Below, one piece after another: positions 1-5,349 of a DNA stretch of 52,108 nt (position 1 is its first letter; the number at the start of each line of letters is the position of its first letter). The notes under the pieces are model-generated. The model was not told where the DNA came from and made no database searches. It worked only from the letters and a program-made list of their open reading frames with translations. The position numbers and the translations under genes were made by a program. Origin of the DNA: a virus; IMG/VR virus record IMGVR_UViG_3300034069_000182, positions 1 through 52,108 of that record, one strand, 5' to 3'.

Positions 1-141
1 AGTGCTGCTTTCGCGCGCTCTGCAACGTCGCTCACTTGTCTTCCCCCGGCTTTCTTCTGGCCCGTCCACGGCAACGTCAGCCCGTCACCAGGACGACGGG
101 GCACGACATGCACATGGGTGTGGAACACGGTCTGCGTGGCG
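1..141. repeat. Terminal overlap, identical to 51968-52108 (wrapped or circularly permuted record)
   Basis: Direct comparison of the two window ends. The unique genome length is therefore 51,967 nt. Confidence 0.95.
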
Positions 142-416
142 TCCGGGCCGATACTGGTGATGATGTTGGCCTGCAAGCCGCGCAAGTTCACGTACTCGGC
201 GGCGATCGCCACCAATACGCTCGCACGCCTGGTCGCCTCGAACGACGCTGCCGCGTTCTGGTCGTGCTCACGGTGAACCACTAACACGTGACCATCGGTG
301 ACCGGGTTCAGCGGCCTGACGACCGCCACCGATCCCGCAGGACCGCTTGGCATCCACCGCTCTACGATGTCGAGGTTTTCCCAGTTCGTGGCGCAGAACG
401 GGCAATGTTCAGGCAT
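1..416 (-). CDS. HIT (histidine triad) family protein, N-terminal part; continues across the wrap into 51823-51967
   Basis: Absent from the ORF track because it runs off the window start. Minus-strand ATG at 416 reads MPEHCPFCATNWEN..PLNPVTDGHVLVVHREH..TQTVFHTHVHVVPRRPGD. This gives a CxxC motif plus the HxHxHxx histidine triad. The start overlaps the stop of 409..642 by 8 nt. Confidence 0.75.
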   Translation of the reverse strand, partial: MPEHCPFCATNWENLDIVERWMPSGPAGSVAVVRPLNPVTDGHVLVVHREHDQNAAASFEATRRASVLVAIAAEYVNLRGLQANIITSIGPDATQTVFHTHVHVVPRRPGDGLTLPWTGQKKAGGRQVSDVAERAKAA

Positions 417-642
417 GGTTGTCTTCCTCCTCGGCTACAACCTCAGCAGCAGCGAGAGCCTTGGCTTGGACATCAGCGATGTGCTCGTCGTGGTCGCCGC
501 CGTCCTGCTCGGTCCACTCGCAGCCCTTACAGGCGTCGAGGTTGAGCAGAATGTCCTTACGGCGCGGGTGGTTGACCCGCTTCACCGTCGGCTTGTGCGC
601 TGAGATGGCTTCTGTGAGTACAGCACGCAACTCCCCGCTCAC
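409..642 (-). CDS. Hypothetical protein, 77 aa, Cys/His-containing
   Basis: ORF track. GTG start in a GTGA overlap with 639..827. The N-terminal ELRAVLTEA and 27 nt of DNA are shared with 44857..45261. Confidence 0.6.
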   Translation of the reverse strand: MSGELRAVLTEAISAHKPTVKRVNHPRRKDILLNLDACKGCEWTEQDGGDHDEHIADVQAKALAAAEVVAEEEDNHA

Positions 643-827
643 AGCCCCACCGCTTTCGTGATCAGGAACATCAGCGCGGCCCCAGCGACGATCGCACCGA
701 CCGACAACGCCAGCTCGATGCTCAGCGGCAGGCCCGGGTTGCTCCGTCGGTACAGCTTGCGGAGCTCAGCCGGCGAGTACGACGCCGCGATTATCTGATC
801 GAACGCTTTGAGTTCTGTCTCGTTCAT
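639..827 (-). CDS. Small membrane protein, 62 aa
   Basis: ORF track. C-terminal hydrophobic helix LALSVGAIVAGAALMFLI. The ATG overlaps the upstream stop by 1 nt. Confidence 0.6.
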   Translation of the reverse strand: MNETELKAFDQIIAASYSPAELRKLYRRSNPGLPLSIELALSVGAIVAGAALMFLITKAVGL

Positions 828-1057
828 CAGGGCCTCCCTACTTTCTCGACGGTGAGGCGGTATCCCTCGCCTCCCTCTACGTACTTGAAGATCTCGTAGG
901 GGAACCCTTCGTCGTGAGCTTCAAGCCATTGCGCGACCGCCCAGATGGCCGACCCCGACACGTCCTGCTTCTCAACCAAGATGTCCCCCGCTTTGTTGAG
1001 ACGCCCCGCGAGGATCTTCCCTGTTGAGGGTTCGTACTGGACCCCGTACTTACTCAT
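827..1057 (-). CDS. Hypothetical protein, 76 aa
   Basis: ORF 827..1150 trimmed to the ATG at 1057 (MSKYGVQYEP..). The upstream part of the ORF is Arg/Gly-rich and overlaps the 1075..1245 gene. Confidence 0.6.
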   Translation of the reverse strand: MSKYGVQYEPSTGKILAGRLNKAGDILVEKQDVSGSAIWAVAQWLEAHDEGFPYEIFKYVEGGEGYRLTVEKVGRP

Positions 1058-1074
1058 TGCGGGATCACTCACCG

Positions 1075-1245
1075 TCAGGGCCTCCCTACTTTCGCCAGGA
1101 TTACCAGCGCGTCTGCCAGTCCGCTGGCCCGCGCCCCGCCGACTAGGCACTCATCCTTGTCGCCGCGGGCTGCGGCCGCTTCGCAGAAGAGAAGCCACTT
1201 CACGCGCTCGGCGTTGATCAGGTCTACTGCATCGCTCAAGGTCAT
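1075..1245 (-). CDS. Hypothetical protein, 56 aa (below ORF-track cutoff)
   Basis: Hand translation: MTLSDAVDLINAERVKWLLFCEAAAARGDKDE..AKVGRP. ATGA overlap with the upstream gene. Confidence 0.5.
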   Translation of the reverse strand: MTLSDAVDLINAERVKWLLFCEAAAARGDKDECLVGGARASGLADALVILAKVGRP

Positions 1246-1367
1246 CGGGTCTCTCCTCGCAGCGCGAGCTCGGTAGCAGCGGCAGCTGCCGCGTCACGGT
1301 TCACCGAAGTGACCATGCGCTGAAGCTCCTGGGTCGAGAGCGTGACGAACCACGCGTGCCCGCTCAC
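1242..1367 (-). CDS. Hypothetical protein, 41 aa (below ORF-track cutoff)
   Basis: GTG start in a GTGA overlap and stop in an ATGA overlap. Reads VSGHAWFVTLSTQELQRMVTSVNRD.. Confidence 0.45.
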   Translation of the reverse strand: MSGHAWFVTLSTQELQRMVTSVNRDAAAAAATELALRGETR

Positions 1368-1534
1368 CGGGCACGCTCCGTAGCCTCGACGTATGCCACG
1401 ACCTCATGAAGAGGCGCGGCGAGCGCAAATCGCCGGTTTCGGTACAACCGGGACCCGTGAGGCTCCCGGACGATCTCCCATTCACCGGAGATGTGCTCGA
1501 AACCTGTGGCAGTTTCGGTCCAGTCGTCGAACAT
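1364..1534 (-). CDS. Hypothetical protein, 56 aa (below ORF-track cutoff)
   Basis: ATG at 1534 preceded by AGGAGGAG. Reads MFDDWTETATGFEHISGEWEIVREPHG.. A stoperator lies 10 nt upstream. Confidence 0.55.
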   Translation of the reverse strand: MFDDWTETATGFEHISGEWEIVREPHGSRLYRNRRFALAAPLHEVVAYVEATERAR

Positions 1535-1544
1535 GGCTCCTCCT

Positions 1545-1557
1545 GTTACGTGTCAAG
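1545..1557 (-). promoter_or_regulatory. Stoperator 13-mer (exact)
   Basis: GTTACGTGTCAAG on the + strand. Its TGA supplies the stop of 1553..1702. It lies 10 nt upstream of the ATG at 1534. Confidence 0.85.
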
Positions 1558-1702
1558 CCGCGATGCGGCGGGTAGTGGTCTTGGATGTGTCGATCAGGTG
1601 CCGCCGACCGAGATCGTCGACGACCGTGAGCACGGTGCCCGCGGTGAACAGCACCGTGGCTGTCCAGCCAGCGGGTCCGCGTGATGCGATGTGGATGGTC
1701 AT
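1553..1702 (-). CDS. Hypothetical protein, 49 aa
   Basis: ORF 1553..1777 trimmed to the ATG at 1702, which is in an ATGA overlap with 1699..2016. Reads MTIHIASRGPAGWTATVLFTAGTVL.. Confidence 0.5.
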   Translation of the reverse strand: MTIHIASRGPAGWTATVLFTAGTVLTVVDDLGRRHLIDTSKTTTRRIAA

Positions 1703-2016
1703 GCCGCGCGCCACCCGAACGAGGCGCGGATCTCGTTCATACCGATGATCCGGTCGAAGTCGTCCCGATCGATCCACCGCCAGGACTTGACGGTGTACTC
1801 AGACCCGTACGAGCGGTCCGCGATCTTCCGTCCCAACTCGATGTGGGCCATTCTGTACTTCGCATCCTCGGGGTCGTCGTGCCGAGCAGCCATAGCGAAC
1901 ACGCTGGTTGCCGTAGTTCCCCAGTCGCCGTAGAGGGTGCCGGTGACATAGCCGTGGAGATCGGTCAGGTTGAAGCTCAGTCCCTGGGTGGGGTTGAGGG
2001 TGTCAGTAGCGCCCAT
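1699..2016 (-). CDS. Hypothetical protein, 105 aa; first gene downstream of the predicted leftward early promoter
   Basis: ORF track. SD is TAGGAGG. Confidence 0.7.
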   Translation of the reverse strand: MGATDTLNPTQGLSFNLTDLHGYVTGTLYGDWGTTATSVFAMAARHDDPEDAKYRMAHIELGRKIADRSYGSEYTVKSWRWIDRDDFDRIIGMNEIRASFGWRAA

Positions 2017-2033
2017 GGTGGCCTCCTAGGTTG

Positions 2034-2046
2034 GTTACGAATCAAG
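2034..2046 (-). promoter_or_regulatory. Stoperator 13-mer (variant)
   Basis: GTTACGAATCAAG, 17 nt upstream of the ATG at 2016. Confidence 0.75.
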
Positions 2047-2277
2047 TCAGCGTGCGTACGTGAGCAGCCGTGAATCGAACACGGTCAGCGCGGTGATGTC
2101 GGCTGAGCGATCCTGCCTGCTCGGCGCCAGCTCGTCGTAGCCACGTGCTTTGGCTCAGAGCTGGACTTCAAAGTATGTTGTGGGCCGTGGCTCCGCATTA
2201 CACGGGATTTGCATCAGGGTCAACGCGCGGTCTGGACTCGCCTGAATCTTGCTGGCCTTTGTTTTGTTGTGGTTATA

Positions 2278-2307
2278 ACTTTAACCGGTGATCCGGTTAC
2301 GTGTCAA
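2278..2307 (-). promoter_or_regulatory. Leftward sigma-A-type promoter candidate (P-left-like) with its -35 inside a stoperator
   Basis: Minus strand reads TTGACA (2307-2302), an 18-nt spacer, then TAAAGT (2283-2278). It is followed by a ~240-nt leader without an ORF. Confidence 0.55.
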
Positions 2308-2308
2308 G
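2296..2308 (-). promoter_or_regulatory. Stoperator/operator 13-mer (exact) overlapping the -35
   Basis: GTTACGTGTCAAG. Its TAA supplies the stop of 2297..2563. Confidence 0.85.
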
Positions 2309-2563
2309 GGGTTCGTCGAAGAATTTCTCGACGAGAATCGACGCCCCGACCAGAGCGGTCTCTCGCATGTCGAAGTTCACCTCGAACAACCGGTCACCAC
2401 CCCGGGTGCCCCGTACGGTCCAGTAGGTCTCGTGCTTAGGAGTCGACCGCAGCCACGCGATCAGCTCGATGCCCTCGGCCTCCGCGCGCAGCTCTCCGGG
2501 GTTGAATCCGTAGTACGCGGTGGAGAACCGCGGGTGCTTCCATTCGATGCCATTGACGATCAT
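2297..2563 (-). CDS. Hypothetical protein, 88 aa
   Basis: ORF track. SD is AAGGAG. Confidence 0.65.
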   Translation of the reverse strand: MIVNGIEWKHPRFSTAYYGFNPGELRAEAEGIELIAWLRSTPKHETYWTVRGTRGGDRLFEVNFDMRETALVGASILVEKFFDEPLDT

Positions 2564-2585
2564 GTCTGACTCCTTGTCTAGGTCG

Positions 2586-2598
2586 GTTACGTGTCAAG
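2586..2598 (-). promoter_or_regulatory. Stoperator 13-mer (exact)
   Basis: GTTACGTGTCAAG. Its TGA supplies the stop of 2594..2695. It lies 22 nt upstream of the ATG at 2563. Confidence 0.85.
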
Positions 2599-2695
2599 GC
2601 TGCGACACGAATGCGTAGCCCGCGATCACCAGGAGCATCACCGGGATGAAGGCGATGATTACGAGTGCTGCGGTCATGTCCACGAGGTTACGCAT
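2594..2695 (-). CDS. Small hydrophobic peptide, 33 aa (27 aa if the start is 2677)
   Basis: Hand translation: MRNLVDMTAALVIIAFIPVMLLVIAGYAFVSQP. The start lies inside stoperator 2687..2699. Confidence 0.4.
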   Translation of the reverse strand: MRNLVDMTAALVIIAFIPVMLLVIAGYAFVSQP

Positions 2696-2699
2696 CAAG
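2687..2699 (-). promoter_or_regulatory. Stoperator 13-mer (variant)
   Basis: GTTACGCATCAAG. It sits back-to-back with, and 16 nt from, the oppositely oriented site at 2716..2728. Confidence 0.65.
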
Positions 2700-2715
2700 T
2701 TTCTTCGACGCAACC

Positions 2716-2728
2716 CTTGACACGTAAC
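2716..2728 (+). promoter_or_regulatory. Stoperator/operator 13-mer (exact, rightward sense)
   Basis: CTTGACACGTAAC. It contains TTGACA, and a weak -10 candidate CATTCT follows after 17 nt. It lies upstream of 2885..3040. Confidence 0.8.
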
Positions 2729-2884
2729 CGTGGCTCGTGCATTCTTGATTCATCCCGATCGGGGAGGTCCCCCGAAATCCCGAGAGCCGGGTAAGCCCCG
2801 GCCACTCACCTAGTCCGAGGTAAGCCCTCGGTTACCGAGCACATCAGTCCCCGGAAGGGCCGGCGGACAGGAAGGAGTTCCGAA

Positions 2885-3040
2885 ATGAACAGCACCGTGA
2901 AGCAGGCCATCGCCCTCGGTCGCGAGGCCGGCGTCCAGGTTCAGCCCTGGGGCGGCGATGAGGTCCGCCTCAACGGCGGGATGATCATGTCCGCCTCGGA
3001 CGCGATCGGCTGGGGCATCCGCCGGGCAGCCGCCCGGTAG
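2885..3040 (+). CDS. Hypothetical protein, 51 aa (below ORF-track cutoff)
   Basis: SD is GAAGGAG. Reads MNSTVKQAIALGREAGVQVQPWGGDEVRLNGGMIMSASDAIGWGIRRAAAR. The leader carries two hairpins with GTAAGCC loops. Confidence 0.5.
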   Translation: MNSTVKQAIALGREAGVQVQPWGGDEVRLNGGMIMSASDAIGWGIRRAAAR

Positions 3041-3123
3041 TCCCGGCCCTCGGCCCCGGGTTAACACCGGGGCCATCCCGATCCCCTCATCCATCAACCA
3101 TCCACAACTCGAAGGAGACACCA

Positions 3124-3330
3124 ATGACCACCATCGCCCGCCGCATCGCCACCGGCCTGTTCCTGCTCGCCGCTCCCGCGGTCATCGCCACCCCCGGCTG
3201 GATCGCATCGGCCGACCCGATCTCGTTCGATCAGTCCTCGTTCCCGTGCCAGGAGGATGAGGTGCTCGGGTTCGACCCGCAGTTCGGACCGGACAAGGTC
3301 GGCTGCATCCACATCGAGGACGTGCGATGA
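3124..3330 (+). CDS. Secreted small protein, 68 aa
   Basis: ORF track. SD is GAAGGAG. Signal-peptide-like N-terminus MTTIARRIATGLFLLAAPAVIATPGWIASA. Confidence 0.6.
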   Translation: MTTIARRIATGLFLLAAPAVIATPGWIASADPISFDQSSFPCQEDEVLGFDPQFGPDKVGCIHIEDVR

Positions 3331-3491
3331 GCTACAGCGCCGGGCAACAGATCGAGGTCGGACTGAGCGGCAATGAGCACTACGTGGTGACCAGCCACCT
3401 CCGCCCCGCACCCTCCGAGGATGTGGCTGCCTACCGCAATTGGCTATCGGTCCTCTCACACTCCGACTCCGAACCGTACTCAACCCACTAG
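3327..3491 (+). CDS. Hypothetical protein, 54 aa (below ORF-track cutoff)
   Basis: ATGA overlap with 3124..3330. Reads MSYSAGQQIEVGLSGNEHYVVTSHLRPAP.. Confidence 0.45.
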   Translation: MSYSAGQQIEVGLSGNEHYVVTSHLRPAPSEDVAAYRNWLSVLSHSDSEPYSTH

Positions 3492-3543
3492 ACGTCGAAA
3501 GCCTCCACGGCCCGTGACAGGTGCTCCCGCTCTACACCTGACA

Positions 3544-3578
3544 GCCCTCGTGCCATCCCCCGGCACGGGGGCTTTCTC
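3544..3578 (+). terminator. Rho-independent terminator candidate
   Basis: 11-bp stem GCCCTCGTGCC / GGCACGGGGGC with one G-U pair, a 7-nt loop, then TTTCT. Confidence 0.6.
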
Positions 3579-3700
3579 ATGCCTCGACCCGGAAGGCCCC
3601 GTAACGCCGTCTCACGTCCACGCTGAGCCCCGAACACCGCGAGCCGGTGTCAGCGGTGCGGAAGGCCAGGAGTCGGCCCGGCAGCGTCGACGTCGAGCGC

Positions 3701-3713
3701 CTTGATCCGTAAC
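3701..3713 (+). promoter_or_regulatory. Stoperator 13-mer (variant)
   Basis: CTTGATCCGTAAC, 24 nt upstream of the exact site at 3738. Confidence 0.55.
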
Positions 3714-3737
3714 CGATCGGGGTTCGAACTCGCCGCG

Positions 3738-3750
3738 CTTGACACGTAAC
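3738..3750 (+). promoter_or_regulatory. Stoperator/operator 13-mer (exact, rightward sense)
   Basis: CTTGACACGTAAC upstream of 3847..4035. Confidence 0.8.
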
Positions 3751-3846
3751 CGCAGTCGCCTCGCATACTTGAGTCACCTCGCCCGGGGTGATCCCCCGGC
3801 TACCTCGCTCATCAGTCGGAGAGTCCGACTAAGAAAGGAGTTCGAA

Positions 3847-4035
3847 ATGAACGCCAACCTGATCACCATCCCGGCCGCCGAGGTCGTGGTCGGCGACACC
3901 ATCGTCGCCGGTGCGGGCACCATGCTCGCCCCCGAGGACCTCGTGGTCCGCCGCATCGAGTCGGATCGGACCTTCGTCCGGTTCAACGGGCTGGTGGACA
4001 TCCACCGCCGGACCAACGTCCGCGTCGCCCGGTAA
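3847..4035 (+). CDS. Hypothetical protein, 62 aa
   Basis: ORF 3739..4035 trimmed to the ATG at 3847, with SD AAAGGAG. Reads MNANLITIPAAEVVVGDTIVAGAG.. Confidence 0.6.
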   Translation: MNANLITIPAAEVVVGDTIVAGAGTMLAPEDLVVRRIESDRTFVRFNGLVDIHRRTNVRVAR

Positions 4036-4054
4036 CCCCCGGGAGAAACCTCGA

Positions 4055-4081
4055 AGCCCCCGCCGTAGCGGGGGCTTTTTC
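4055..4081 (+). terminator. Rho-independent terminator
   Basis: 9-bp stem AGCCCCCGC / GCGGGGGCT, loop CGTA, then a T5 tail. Confidence 0.75.
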
Positions 4082-4319
4082 ATGCCCGCACATCGATTCG
4101 ACACACCACCGAACTCGAGCCCCGCGATCCATCGATCCGATCGACGTCGAACGCGAGCTTCGATCCCGGAACGCCAGCTCGATCTCGAAAGCTCAGCCAT
4201 CCCCTTCGATGCGGAGCCCCGTCGATCCCGAGCGCGCATCGCATCCAAGTAGCACGAGGCAGCGTCGAGCCCGTACGCATCCTCGGTGCCGAGGCACTGT
4301 CGCATCTGGGCACGGGACG

Positions 4320-4510
4320 TCGCACAGCAGGGGGCTGGGGTGTGCAGGGGTCGGGGGTGCGGAGGTACGCAGGGTGCAGGGGGCTAGGGCACAGCGTGTG
4401 CACGTGCAGGGGGGAGTGGGTAGGCAGGGTGTGGGGCACGCCTGCCGGGGTGTGCAGACTCGCTGCGCAGAGGGGGTTGCGCTGTGCGGCGGGGGTGTGC
4501 TAGACTGGGT
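4320..4510 (+). repeat. G-run / GTGCAGGGG-type repeat array next to cos
   Basis: 16 runs of three or more G on the + strand (hand count). Recurring GGGGTGTGCAG and GTGCAGGGG units. No credible ORF. Confidence 0.7.
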
Positions 4511-4590
4511 GTACTCCGGCAGACGGGGTCACAGGGGACACGCATCGCGTGGACCCCTAGGGGGGTATCCCCTGCCCCCCGCGTGTTGAC

Positions 4591-4600
4591 CGGATGGTAA
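4591..4600 (+). other. cos cohesive-end sequence (physical genome termini)
   Basis: CGGATGGTAA followed by TGCGGCTGCCAGATCG matches the overhang and left-end start I recall for Bxb1-like phages. It is flanked by more than 1 kb of non-coding DNA. Confidence 0.7.
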
Positions 4601-4881
4601 TGCGGCTGCCAGATCGTGTACGGGTTTGGAAGTCGATGGAGAGAACAGCGCGGGCCTGGAAGGCCCCGTAATGCCCCCTGAGAGCCCCGTAGACGGACGA
4701 ACGGTGCGGATCGATAGACAGCACCGGGGACAAGCGAAGACGGCCGCAGAGCCGTCGCCGGCTGACGCCCGCGTAGGAAGATATTCGTGTGAAGTGCGTC
4801 ACATTCTACGGGTGAAACGCAAAAGTGGAAGGTTCCTTACCTATGGAGGGGTAAGGGAGCGAGCTCCAGCGAGCGACCGCA

Positions 4882-4934
4882 CCCCGACATAGGTTCTTGT
4901 CGGGGTAGTCGAACGGAGAGAGACTACCCCTTTT
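4882..4934 (+). terminator. Terminator-like hairpin with a competing upstream hairpin (attenuator-like)
   Basis: Stem GGGGTAGTC (4902-4910) pairs with GACTACCCC (4922-4930), followed by TTTT. The alternative helix CCCCGACA (4882-4889) / TGTCGGGG (4898-4905) uses the same GGGG. Confidence 0.5.
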
Positions 4935-5037
4935 AGCGACCTCCGGTCGCCCGGGTAGGTACCGAACGGTGAGTGAGGTACCAGACCGAGGGCGGCCCTT
5001 ATGGGGGCCGCTCCGAGGTCAGTGGTTGGTTTGGGTA

Positions 5038-5173
5038 GGTACGTTACGTAAGCATTACTCACCAACAGAACCAGTGGTTACGTAACCGGGTACGTTACGT
5101 ACGACTAGATACGTAACAGAACCACTAACCCGTGGCCGCCCGGAAGGCGGCCCGCAGCGGGTTACGTTTGTCA
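5038..5173 (+). repeat. Cluster of GTTACGT half-stoperator motifs, including the palindrome GGTTACGTAACC
   Basis: GGTACGTTACGTA occurs at 5038-5050 and 5089-5101. The 12-bp palindrome is at 5076-5087. CTAGATACGTAAC is at 5105-5117 and GTTACGTTTGTCA at 5161-5173. Confidence 0.6.
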
Positions 5174-5196
5174 GGTATGTCACTAGGGAGGGAAAC

Positions 5197-5349
5197 ATGA
5201 CCGCATCGGTCAGCATCCGAGTAGGAGAGATCTTCGAGGACGAAGATGGTCTGTGGAAGGCTCGCCTCATCGTCGGGGACCGTCCAGGGGGGACCATCAC
5301 TTTACCAGAACACCTGGTCCGGTCGGCGATGGAGAACGCTGCTGAGTGA
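5197..5349 (+). CDS. Hypothetical protein, 50 aa (below ORF-track cutoff); first left-arm gene
   Basis: SD is GGGAGGG. Reads MTASVSIRVGEIFEDEDGLWKARLIVGDRPGG.. The stop overlaps the GTG of the HNH gene. Confidence 0.5.
   Translation: MTASVSIRVGEIFEDEDGLWKARLIVGDRPGGTITLPEHLVRSAMENAAE

Noticed and set aside
36-603. Plus-strand ORFs 36..284, 288..545, 298..603 and 347..661
   Set aside because: They are antisense to the HIT gene and to 409..642, and their translations are Arg-rich.
4320-4510. Possible CRISPR array
   Set aside because: The repeats are short (9-11 nt), irregularly spaced, G-rich and lack unique spacers of uniform length, so this is not CRISPR-like. No cas genes are present apart from a stand-alone Cas4-family nuclease of the kind common in phages.
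4080-4589. ORFs 4080..4439 (-), 4209..4589 (+) and 3911..4252 (+) in the cos-proximal region
   Set aside because: The translations are repeat-driven (G-run and TCGA repeats), lack an SD, and lie after a strong terminator. The region is treated as non-coding.
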